This document shows positions 33,500-64,000 of a stretch of 64,000 bases of DNA, piece by piece (the first letter of the stretch is position 1; each line of letters starts with the position of its first letter). This DNA is from Tubiluchus corallicola. Lineage: Eukaryota; Animalia; Priapulida. The position numbers and the translations under genes are program-made. Location: contig JAQGDQ010000434.1 of assembly GCA_030141605.1 (NCBI GenBank), forward strand, positions 1 through 64,000, read 5' to 3'. The notes beneath the pieces are model-generated. The model saw only the letters and a program-made list of their open reading frames with translations. It made no database searches and had not been told where the DNA came from.

Positions 33500-34630
33500 A
33501 TTTTCCAGAACAAAACTTAATCTAAGCATCTGCATGCTTTGTTAATTCCAAGTTAAAAAATGTTTAAAAAGCATATAATCATACATTGGCCTTTGTTATG
33601 AGTTGGAGTTATTTATAAAATTACGTTGAACAAGCAGAGATGCATTTACGACATTACTCCTCGTTTTTATTATCAGTGAACAAAAAATAACTGAAGGAAA
33701 CATCAGAGCTGACATCCTAAGCAGCCGACAAATCTTCCACCTCTATAACAACCAACTAACTATGTCAAAACCTAGTTAAAGAGTTCAGGCGAGAAGCATA
33801 AATTAGAATCTGCAAGCGTGTCATAATACCTTTTAATATCATGTGCAGACATTACTTATATTTGGCCTAATTTTTTAAGATTCAGTTAGGCTTACATCAA
33901 AGTAAATGTTCATTAAATACAGTTTGCTTACGTGTAAAAAATGTACTTGTATAATGTTCTTTTGTTTTGTTTATTAATTAGACTCTTTAGTATTATTTTA
34001 ATGCATGTACTTTGCAGCTTGATTCAGTTCCCTATTTGAATGTTTATTTAAATTTCTGTTTGGCTAGCTTGCCTTTCATTTTATTTAGTTTGTTTTTTAT
34101 TATTTTTATTTAGTATTATTGTTATTATTTTGCATGTTATTCTCATATTGAATTATGCGTGGACGATATGACAGCTTGAATTTGGTCATTTTTTTGCACT
34201 AATGTTTTTCTTTTGCTAATAGGTACCATTACGACCTTTGTTACTTTATTAGTAAGGTATAAATCAATTTAAATGAAATTATTCATTCATCGCAGCCTAT
34301 ATCAAAATCGTAATTACATATTATGTTTTCCTTATGTTTCCTTGCTATTTATTACATCATTTACTTTATTTCAATATTTATATCAAAATCGTAATTGCAT
34401 ATTATGTTTTTCTTATGTTTCCTTGCTATTATCACATCATTTACTTTATTACATCAATTTCATTGAGTCATCTACAAAAGCAGGCATATCTTTAATAATT
34501 TTTTCACTTTCATTTAAGTAAGGTGAGTGTGTTAAGAACCGTATGGTCGTACACTCACCTCACACTACTCAAATCATTTTATTTATTGTACATTTATGTG
34601 TACAATATTGTATTTTGATGTGTGAAATAA
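33500..34630 (+). mobile_element. Decayed LINE 3' end with terminal stem-loop
   Basis: 10-bp inverted repeat AGGTGAGTGT...ACACTCACCT (34521-34560), followed by AATAAA and a short tandem tail (ttcatag)2, preceded by T-rich UTR-like sequence. Left boundary uncertain. Confidence 0.4.
34298..34450. repeat. Imperfect tandem duplication, ~81-bp period
   Basis: tatatcaaaatcgtaatt(a/g)catattatgtttt...catcatttactttatt occurs at 34298-34370 and 34379-34450. Confidence 0.9.
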
Positions 34631-36473
34631 AATTCATAGTTCATAGTTCCGTCTTTCTTTTAACTCTCTCTCCCTCTCTTTCTCTCTAAGAGAGGGAGGG
34701 AGAGAAAAATCAATAAATCAATGAAAAATGCATTACTTTTTTACATAGTAGGCAGCCCATCACGCAGTCAGCTAGCCTCTTTCCTCAGGAAAAACAATAA
34801 AATTTACTTACAGGAAAACTGAACAGGCATTTGCAAGTACGTAATACAAACTTATTGCTACAATTTTTTTCCTTTTCATGAAATGTTTTCAGTTTTTTTA
34901 AACTAATAATTGCTTTTAATTGAGATATACTTCTTTTATTAAAAACGTAAAAGTGATTTTGGCTTATCAAAATTGCACGTATGCCAACACTACTGGTGAA
35001 CTTAATAATATTATTATTACAGTCAATGCGGCGCTCCAAATTTTTTACTGATTCGCCGTTTGATGCCGCCAGCATAGCCGCTAATCGCAAAAATGAAATA
35101 CGAAACAAATATATTTCGTCACTTCCTCTTTATACACTTTGATACGATGCTGCAGCTGAATTCAAATTTTATCACGCCAAGTATATCTGTGACCAAGTTA
35201 TGCCGTTTCGGCGATTCAATCGTACTTGCACGAACACGCTCGAGTTGGACTCAGAAATAGCGACTATTCAGAAGCCAATAAAATATTTATTACTATCCAG
35301 ATTCTTCCTTTCCATGCATTTCGGAGTTGTTATTTTATCAATTTCAATGCAGTTTTATTTGCACAAATACATATAATGTACATTGACAAGGCAATATAAT
35401 ACACGTTAAATACTGTATAAACCGAAAAAAACTTACAATAGGCTGTATGCAAACTTATTTTTATAGAAAAATATTAAGATATAGTATACTGATACAAAAA
35501 TCACAGTTACATAAAAATTGTATAATTTAGCAATGGAAAAAGGAAAATGACTTAAAAGTAGTAGGTATCTGTATCAGCTTTTTAAATGAAAGGTTATAAA
35601 AAATAAAATAAGATAGTTGAAAATAATTGTGGTTAGAGCCGCCAAAGTATTGAGTTCTTCTTCCCTAGAGATCGGAGTTGTTGCCAAATTAAGTTTGTTG
35701 CATTGATGTCATACATGTATAAATGTACAGAATTCCTAACATAAAAAACAAAGAAACAGTATTAGACACAAAGCCTACAAAGAAGAAACAGTATTAAAAA
35801 CAATTAACAACTGTACATTATGCAATACAAAATTACACCTAAATGTTAAAATGTCTCGACTATTGCATAGTTGAGTTAACATTGAAAAGGTTCACAAGGT
35901 GAAGCCAGTGTTAACTTTTTGTTCTTCTTATTTGGAACTTTTTAAAAATGCTTTAGATCTTAGTGACCATTACTGTGAAACAGCTACATGAAAGAGGTGG
36001 TATTTCTAGAGAATAAAGTTAGAATGTGAATTTCATTTTCATCATTTGTTCCACTTTCAGCAAAAAGTAGGCTGTAAATAAAATGTATTTCATCTTCTAT
36101 TTCATGTTTTTAGGGGGGGGGGGGGTTTACTCAATAACTGCATATTCGTCCTTCTTCTGGTATAATGAGCACACTCAATTTCGAAATCATGACCATTCAC
36201 TCAGAGTTTACTATCACTGTTAATTACTATAATTAATGCCATTTAATTAATTACCAAATTTGAATTATACCGTCTAGGCTTATATGTACAGTTGAATTTA
36301 TATTACAGTTGCGGATTTTGTTGTGCTAATGCTTTTTGCTAATCTTTGCAACGCTGAGAGGACAAATTTCATGTATCACATGTGTACTTTCGTGTAGTAT
36401 ACATGGCCAATAAAGACGTCTATATCCGTGACATTAGTTTTCTTTCTTTTTGACGGGTTTGTCGCCTAGTGGT

Positions 36474-36861
36474 TAGGGGCGAGTATTGAACGTTCAACTT
36501 CAAAGGTCACATGAATTCAATTCGAACGAGTTTTTTTAGTTCGAATTCGATTCAAACCTAAAATTATAGATTCGAATAATCCAGCACTCCAACCACATAA
36601 TTGTTCCTTATTACTGAAACGTTTGAAACATCATGCAATTAGCACAGTTTAGCTGCAATTTTTGTGCAATATTTTTGAACAAATTATTAGCGGCTTTACT
36701 GTAGGAACAATATCGAGTAATATACTCGATTTTAGTTAAAAAATCGCCTTGCACTGGTGATTTGAAAACTTGTTCGAAATCTTTCAAACTCAATTCGAAT
36801 GACATTCGATATTCTGAAATTCGGTTCGAATTCACTTTCAGGTAGAGAATGCTCACACTTA
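36474..36861. mobile_element. Old hAT-type MITE with TTCGAA subterminal repeats
   Basis: Imperfect TIRs TAGGGGCGAGTATT / AATGCTCACACTTA, 8-bp flanks CTAGTGGT and CCAATGGT (6/8 match), and many ATTCGAA/TTCGAAT repeats near both ends. Confidence 0.6.
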
Positions 36862-38200
36862 CCAATGGTAAACATGGTAGGAATTGGCAGTCTGTCATTT
36901 CCTTTTGTCATAATAATAAAAATGGTTGCCACTTGACCGCAAGAAATTCAACAATACCCGATAGTATAATACGTTATCACACGTACACTGCATTGTGAAA
37001 AACGTTAACATGCACAGTCAGTCAACCTTATAAACATAACGTTCAAGAATTCGTTATCAGCAAAAGCGCGACACACGTACCTATTTGAGTGTAACTCACA
37101 AGCTCTTTAGCAAGTAAGTATTATATAGAGGTTGTTCAATAGCAATAGTAACTATACAAAAGCATGTGAAAGACAGGCAGACTATACATGTACACTATAA
37201 ATTAGCACATTAACAAGGGACAAAAGTGTAACACAAATTAACGTGTGCTTCCTCCTAAACCAAGTAAAAAACATTTTTCTACAAAAGACATTTACTGGTG
37301 AATGGCAAAATTAGTATTTTTCAGGTAAAGAGAATGACATAGCCAGGTTTTGTTTTGGTTTTTATTGTTTAGCAAGTCCTGGCCTGGCAAAGCACAACTC
37401 TGACAACGTTACAAACATTTTAACGAACGCAGGGTAGCTTCTATTGTTAGTATTAATGTCAACTATGATAAGCCCAAACATTTAATCATGACAATGATGT
37501 AAAAACATTTTAGCTAATGCTGTGCAACTTTTGCAGTTATAATGCAATAAAAATATCAAGTATGCTAAATCCAAAAAAATGAACAAAAGTGCATCTCGTA
37601 AGCAGTTATAGAATAATACACAGAAAGGATTACACGTGTGATACCAGTAGACCTCTTGTCACTGTTTTTTTTATATTTCTACAACTAGACACTATTTTTT
37701 GATGTTGAAGCACAAATCACTTACCTAAGTTTTTATAAGTTTTACTACTAAAGTACAATGCCTACTTCTGAAAATTAAGATAGTTGCAACCACATTCTTT
37801 GGGAGTTAGTTTACTTCTCATTGACGTAGTGTACATGTGTATGTCTGCGTGTGTGTGTAGTTGTACGTAATAAAAATTTGTGACACTTCTGTTGATTAGG
37901 TGCCAAGGAAAAGCACGCTATATTGACTTTGTCATACACAAGAAGTGAGTAAACTATATCACGCTGAAATCACAAAAACCCCGTAGCTTTTACATTGCTA
38001 TAACACATGCAAAAAAATTGCTAAAAAAGTGGCAGCATGGCTTTTTATTAACACCGTGAAATGAAATTTGATAGTATGAAGAGACAACACTGTTGCTGAC
38101 AGTCATTAGAAATTTAACATATAATTAAAGTCGAGCAAAAGATGTTCAAAGATGCATAATAATTTATTCAGCTAGAGTAACTATGAATTGTGTGTTGGTC

Positions 38201-40578
<2,378 letters not shown>

Positions 40579-40729
40579 CTTCAAAACCTTAAAAACCAAG
40601 AATAAATATGTAATTAGTACAGTTACACAATACAGTAATCAAATTAGTAAAATCAAATTACTAATAAGCATATTAACATAATAAAATAATATGATTGTGA
40701 AACTACAGTAACTTACAAGTCATTTAATA

Positions 40730-41575
40730 CAGTCAACCCTCGTTATAATGCCAGGTCTAGAACATCACTAAATTTATATGGCGCTATACCAGGGTTGGCG
40801 CTAAGGCAAGGTTGATTAAATATCAAAGCTATTCTACTGTGTAGCCTCTACTTTGTTTCCTAGTTAATTTTAATATGTGATAAATAGTATAATATTATTA
40901 TACCTGTAACAATATACGTGTTATACCGCACATTTTGCTGCGTTAAGAATGCAGGTGTAGTTCACACAACTTTTACGCAAAACAACATGAAGAAGCATTC
41001 TAGTGAAATACTGGTTAATTAGCCTACTACCAATAAAAGAAATATGCAGCCACACGGCCCACCCACGCTCTAAACGTAACATTACTGGACAATTAAAACT
41101 AAAAATAGCAGCCGCAAAATTGAGTCAAACAGCTTTAGCAGCCATTAAATTCATACCAATTCAGTAATGAACCATAGCTACGCAACTTTTGTACTCTCAA
41201 AATGTCTGCTCCTTACTCAGAATCTCAGCATTCACTTCATATAGTCACTTGCAACAAAACCTAAATCTTAATTTAAACACCATAATTACTTTTTTATTCA
41301 GAGATCATTGTTTTTACAAGTGATTGTTTTTCTACAATACAATGGCTGTTTTTTTCAGCAGCAATTCATACTACTTTATCTTGGCTGGTGTTACAACAGG
41401 GTAGAATTATAATGTACAATAGACTTTTGGCACAGCAGACATGTTGGTGGAGGGCAGTAAACGAGGTTGGCGGTATTCCCTATACTTAAAATATTATGGA
41501 AATCGGAAAACACAAAAGTTAGCATTACGGCGAGGCAGGCGTTATAACAGGAGACGGAATAATGAGGCTCGACTG
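40730..41575. mobile_element. pogo/Tigger-like MITE upstream of the RPL30 start codon (probable intron 1)
   Basis: TA|CAGTCAACCCTCGTTAT ... ATAATGAGGCTCGACTG|TA: imperfect TIRs with TA duplication and repeated CGTTATAA-like subterminal motifs. Confidence 0.75.
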
Positions 41576-43017
41576 TATTATCTGATAAGACCAAATTAAC
41601 AGTTTCCAAGATGGAAAAAAAGCACAAAATATATTTAGTAAGTTTTAAGAACATGCGATCATTTTACTTTGGCAAGTCGACTTAGAAGCAGTTCAAGTTC
41701 ACAATTAAAAATTTAACATTATTTAAGATTTAATATTCTAAAACATTACGATTATGTTAAGTAAAGTTGTTGTTGCTTCTGACTCTGGTATCTAAATCCA
41801 TGGCTATTTGTTCACATTTTTGTACGTTTTCAACACAATTAGGAAAAATCAGTTTGTTCTACAATTTTTGACATAAGGACAATACTATTTAAATGGTTTT
41901 GAATGTTAAAAGTGATCTAAATACTGAATTAGTCACATCGATCCTGACTGGCGATCAGGCGTAAAAGCTAGAAAAGCTAGGATTCTAAAAAAGGGGTCGA
42001 AACTTTAAGTCAAATAAGTAAACTTAAGTCCTGCAGTTGATAATTTAAGAACACCATTTTCTCTGTTGCAGAAAAGTGAAGCCAGCTTAACATAACATCA
42101 TTCAATAACAGTTTAAATTTAACAAGCCCAAGGATGGAGACTACATCTGAGTTGTCAAGGCAAATGGTGTGAGCTATCAGTAAGAATTAAACTCAGCTGC
42201 AGTTTATATGTGTTATTTTTTAATTTTTAATCAGTCAAAGTTCGATAGAAATCAATACTTTTTTAAACCAATCGATAAACAGACAAACAATGCCGGGATT
42301 AATTTAGGGACTGGTATCGTATCACAAAACGAAATGTTTCCAACTCTTTTCAGAACATCACAGAGGAAGCAGCCTGACTGCAGACATCAATGAAGTGGGT
42401 TATGGTAGCAAAAACGCTGGCTACCCTTTGCCACTAATTTAAATTCCTAAAAGCATGGCTAACACGTCAGAGTAAAATATTATCAATGGAACTGTGCTTT
42501 ATAAAATCTACACTACTACTTAAGCAGTTTATTAAAACAGTCACAGTCTAGAGATCATAATTTTAATTCTTTAGAAACAATTACTTTAGAACTATTCTTC
42601 TCTACTAATGCTAAATTACGTTATACACAGGATTTTATACAACCTTTTCATTAATTCAGATTTTTCTGGGCGTTTCCTCAAATATAGTACAGACAATTTT
42701 CCCCTAGACTAGCTAGGGCTAATTTAAGTAGCCTACACTGAAACTAAGAACTCTTCTGAAAATGAACTCACTGTCTCGTCTATTTCTAAAATTATTTGAC
42801 TTAAATATGTATTCACTTAAACAGCATAACTAAATTGTAATATAACAATTTCACAGTGTAATTACACAAGCAAGTCATGAAAAGCTTTTGGTGTTCACTG
42901 GACTGTCCGACAATAGTTTCTGAATTCTCCCGGACATTACAGTCTTGTATTCTAATAATTTTTTAATTCCGTTAGATCTGTTATTTGTATATACTAGTTG
43001 TTACATAAAACTTAATG

Positions 43018-43452
43018 CAGGGGTGTGCAAACTGTGGCCCGCGGGCCACTTGCGGCCCGCCGAGAGATCTTGTGCGGCCCGCGAAGAGGTTTGTCAACGT
43101 AACGAAAGTGCGGCCCGGGCGATCCAGCTGAAGTCCGCGCCAATATCGCAAAGATAGTGCGGGTAGTTCATTTCTCTAGATCGGATGGCATTAACCCTTA
43201 CAAGACCGTTGTCACTTAATGTCACTGTCGGACATGACGAAATATATGGTTTTTAATATAAATTTTAATAACTTCTAACCATAGTTTCTTGAGTGTAGTA
43301 GTGCAGTAGCAATGATGTGAACAAATCGGATGCAAAAAAAATCATTATTAGGTCCTACTGTACTTGGCTCCTTGACCAAACTGCATGTGGCCCGCAGGAA
43401 TTGCGGGAATGTTTAATGTGGCCCGACTAGTCAGATAATTTGCACACCCCTG
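43018..43452. mobile_element. hAT (Charlie/Buster-type) MITE, 435 bp
   Basis: Perfect 14-bp TIR CAGGGGTGTGCAAA, perfect 8-bp TSD ACTTAATG (43010-43017 and 43453-43460, NNNTANNN type) and GGCCCGC subterminal repeats. Confidence 0.92.
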
Positions 43453-44026
43453 ACTTAATGTTTTGCTACATTAAAAGTTGCTACATTAAAAGTTTAAAAC
43501 ATGACTAAAAAATTATTTTTTAGTTACTCACATTTCAATTTAAAGAAAGAATGAAAACGAAGATAAAACGTAAGTCATGTTATATCAAAGCTGAATTGTA
43601 CATCAACTAAAACTTTTGTGAGAATCTCTCTCTTAAGGTCATTTGTGAATAATTTGCTTTCAAGACTAACTTCAAAATCTGTCTTGTCTTGTCACTTGTG
43701 ATTATTATTCAGACAAAATTAATGTTACAGTTGAGTTCCCCCCCCCTAGTGCAACTACACCATGCAAATTCTCAGTACAACAGCACAAACTACTTATAAC
43801 CGAAGTAAATATAACTTCCATTTGAACAAGCAAATCGCAAACTTGCGTCTATTAACAGGTAAACCCTACGCATACATTGCTCAGCCCATCCATCCACATA
43901 TTTTTCAATTTAAAGCAGAAATTATTTACAAAAATAGCGCCTCAGTAATATTTATAAGTTTACAAGACACCGATTTTGTTAAATTAAAAAATATGTTGAG
44001 AAATCATCCATTTTTATTAAAAATAC

Positions 44027-44076
44027 CTCTATCTTTACTTATCCAGCAACTTTGCTAGCCATGCAAAGTAAAAAGG
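44027..44076 (-). promoter_or_regulatory. Putative RPL30 TCT/5'TOP start site and non-coding exon 1
   Basis: Minus strand reads gcC(+1)TTTTTACTTTGC..., matching the TCT motif YCTYTYY typical of ribosomal protein genes, followed ~50 nt later by a donor (GAG|gtattt, or AA|gtaaag). The RPL30 ATG exon has an acceptor 9 nt upstream, so a UTR exon is expected. Confidence 0.55.
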
Positions 44077-44389
44077 CCTAACAAGCAAAACTACGAATGT
44101 TACCACCACAGAGTTGTTTTGTAGCTTATGTAGTATATTATTATCTATGGGTTACTACACTATAGAGCACGCTTAGCCACTCCATGACTGTATGAGTCCA
44201 GGTATGAGGGCTAATAATTAGCCCTGAAAAAGAAAACTATATTTCCAACTGCAGCCTACGGGATGCCAGTACTATACATAATGAAAGTACGATTAAATAT
44301 GATAGAAGTGAAATCAAATAAGAATAAGTGTCTTAAAAATGCCAATTATGTACTCTAGAGCGAGGTACAATAGAGCATTTGTTTGAGTG

Positions 44390-44730
44390 TGTCAAATAAA
44401 CTAAAATAAGAAAGTGGAATGTAACAAGCTTGTATCCAGCTTGAAAAGTGAAGTACTGAAACAAGTAAGCCAGTACATCGAAGCTGCAATGGAATATTGA
44501 AACGATATGGGAGTAGAATGCATGAAAGATGTAACAGAATAGCAGCAAATCTGAAGTGCAAACCATCAGGAGAAAAATCAGTGAAGTGTGACATCGCAGG
44601 CAGATTTGTGCAGGCTTGTTCAATAGCAACGAAGAGGGTTCTGAGTAAGCACCAGGTCCCCTATCAAGTATCGATTTTCACCGAGTAATCGCATATCTAA
44701 TTATGTTTGATCTGCCCCAATACTTTACTA
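44390..44730 (+). mobile_element. Decayed LINE apurinic-endonuclease (RTE-like) fragment
   Basis: Translation KIRKWNVTSLYPA*KV...LQWNIETIWE resembles the IGTWNVRTLYQAGK...ETRW start of RTE-clade endonucleases; many stops. Confidence 0.4.
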
Positions 44731-46053
44731 ATTTTACTGACAGCATACCTGTCACATGTGAGCTTCATCTTTTGTTACTAGTCACTATCAGCTCAGTAAA
44801 ATATGAATTAAGTACTAACCATTGTATTACCACACAATCATGATTCATGAATGCACTTTGAAAATAATTAAATTGTTTTAAGTCATCTAGAGTCTTTTTA
44901 TTTTAAGAAATGTGTCCTATCTGGGCTTATTCAAGTAAACTGTGCTTATTCGAAACCATTGTTAATATCATCATAATCACAACCATCATCAGTGTCATCT
45001 TCCTCATCATAACCATTACTATTGATAATAAATATGCCTATGTTCCTAATAAAGGATGCAAGTTTTGCGTGATAATTACACTTTAATTTATATTTCCTTT
45101 GTATTATTAATGTTCAGTCATTTTAATTATCTTTAAACTTTTCAGTTTTCACATCTCATTTTCATCATTATGCTCCCAGATGATTTTTAGACGCTTTCTG
45201 GCACAGCAAGTTAAAAATAATTACATAGCAAGTAAATTTAGATTAGTCCATCTATCCATCCATCCACCTATTACACATTCAAGCTGCCACATTTGCCCCA
45301 TATGCTCAAACATTGCTACAGTCTCCTCATATGCAGACAGCCACATTCCCTCTCTCCCTTTCTCTTTCGATTCAAGACATTCTGTCGCATTAAGTGACAC
45401 TTTGCAACATCTGTTAAGATAATGCGATCCTTAACATTAAGCTGATGCTTCAAGTTTATAAATGCTTATTACACACTGGATATAAATTTATATTACATAA
45501 ATAAACATTCACAGAAACGTACATTAAGTGAGAAATGCACATGAATATGACAAATTAACAATGCATACTAATAATAAGTTGGAATGAGGCGACTTTGCCG
45601 TGGAGCGTGATACATCTGTATTTTGCAAAGGCCACCTCGGAAGGAGAAGGAAAAATAAAACAAATGGCAAAGGGTCAGAGAAAAAAATTAAAAGGAAGTA
45701 AAATTAGGATGGTAATGGAAAGGCGACAGACAATCGATGTGTTAAAAACGTTACACGGACACAGATGTACCACAGCTACGTCTTATGCAAGTTGCATACA
45801 TAGCAGTTTGAAAGTTGATATTCTTTCGTGTAGATATTTAATGCAACACATGCCTGATAGCTTTGAGTAATAGTCTTGCCAATGACACACAATGGTATAT
45901 CACTACTGTTATAAATTACGTGTTTTCATGAATGTTCAACTAAAATATAAAATCCGTGATCAAATTAAGTTTTTGTTCCTGGTGTTATAATTAATGGTGT
46001 GAACATCTCTGACAGGATAACGATAGTGACCACGCATCTTAAAGTTAATTGTC

Positions 46054-46098
46054 GATGCGTATGGTAACGTGAGACCGTTCTTGGGCATTCTGGGATTT
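46054..46098. promoter_or_regulatory. WDR35 promoter motifs: RFX X-box-like site and Staf/ZNF143-like site
   Basis: GATGCGTATGGTAAC (46054-46068) has a perfect ATGGTAAC X-box half-site. TCCCAGAATGC lies on the minus strand at 46085-46095. Both are ~160-200 bp upstream of the ATG of a ciliary gene. Confidence 0.5.
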
Positions 46099-46251
46099 GT
46101 TTTGGGGAGATACGCAAAATAGACACGAATGCTTTTCTTTTATAAAGACAGATTTGCCGGAATTTTGATTTTTATTATTTAGTCTGTACCTTTCTCGCAT
46201 CTTTTTGGCTATTGCTTCTGGCGAATTAACTGATAGATTTTTATACTAGTG

Positions 46252-63305
<17,054 letters not shown>

Positions 63306-64000
63306 GTATTATTTCTGTTATTTTTTAAATTATTGTTTATGAATTGTTTTAGTGATACCTACCCCAAGCAGCCAAGCCAGCATAATAAACACATTTAAGA
63401 AACGCGTATAAAATTATGAACTGTAGCTCATCTCTTACCATTCTTATCTACTTTTTTAAAGCAAAACAGGACGATTTTTCATATCGTACCCATTTTGAAG
63501 TCTGGCAAAATGTATACATTTTAACACATATATTAATGCCAAAGCATTTCTGATAATAGGTTAAAACCTTAATTAGAGGCAAGCGAGCCAGGCTAATGAT
63601 GACGTCACAAACGAACATAATTTTCAACAGGAAAAACATTCCATGTTTACGAATACGAAAATTGAATGCAGTGCTACTGTACAATATTGTAATATACGAA
63701 AACACCGCAAATTTTAAAATAAAAATTGAAATTTTAAATTTACCGCTGTGCTCACGCATGAGCTCTGAAATGTGTGCATTACATCACAAACGAACAGCTC
63801 TAGCGCCATCTGCTTTTCATGCAACGCTTTTCTGAAGTGCAGGTGCTAGTGCTCATCTAACTAACGAATGGTGAAATGCATGTAACAGCGAAGAACTAGT
63901 TCTTTCATGAAAGTCATTTTTGAAAAAATAGTATGCTTCCTTTCAATATTTTAAAGAGTAGATTGCTTTGACCTACAGTTTAGGATTGCATTTGGTTTTC

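Noticed and set aside
34785-35108. 107-aa minus-strand ORF
   Set aside because: TTG start, no recognisable domain and no exon context; likely a chance ORF.
36460-36485. tRNA A-box-like GCCTAGTGGTTAGG
   Set aside because: No B box or cloverleaf; better explained as the TSD/TIR junction of the hAT MITE.
38028-38066. TTCACG...GCTG resembling a 5.8S-targeting H/ACA guide pocket
   Set aside because: Lies downstream of the RPL30 stop around a polyA signal, with no proper stems or boxes.

Overview
AT-rich, intron-rich genomic DNA from an invertebrate animal, not a prokaryote; the exact taxon cannot be determined from this window. It holds four multi-exon genes. (1) A neurobeachin-like BEACH-domain gene (NBEAL1/2 family), minus strand, ATG at 20320, running off the left edge inside the BEACH domain. 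(2) A type I BMP/activin receptor of the ALK1/2 (ACVR1/saxophone) class, minus strand, about 25.7-32.2 kb. (3) Ribosomal protein L30, minus strand, 38201-40578. (4) WDR35/IFT121, plus strand from 46252, head-to-head with RPL30 and running off the right edge. Introns carry hAT, pogo/Tigger-like and TTAA-type MITEs, LINE remnants, and a decayed antisense Ty3/Gypsy pol in WDR35 intron 1. The most unusual feature is that this Gypsy fragment is bracketed by two ~81-bp direct repeats that are not its LTRs and contain a minimal hammerhead-ribozyme-like core (CTGATGA...GAAAC). Other oddities: two GC-AG introns and a 64-bp duplication of a splice acceptor in NBEAL, tandem DxxLI/clathrin-box-like motifs in NBEAL, a non-canonical GS box in the receptor, and a TOP/hairpin/uORF leader inferred for RPL30. 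All calls were made by eye; exon coordinates may be off by a few nt.
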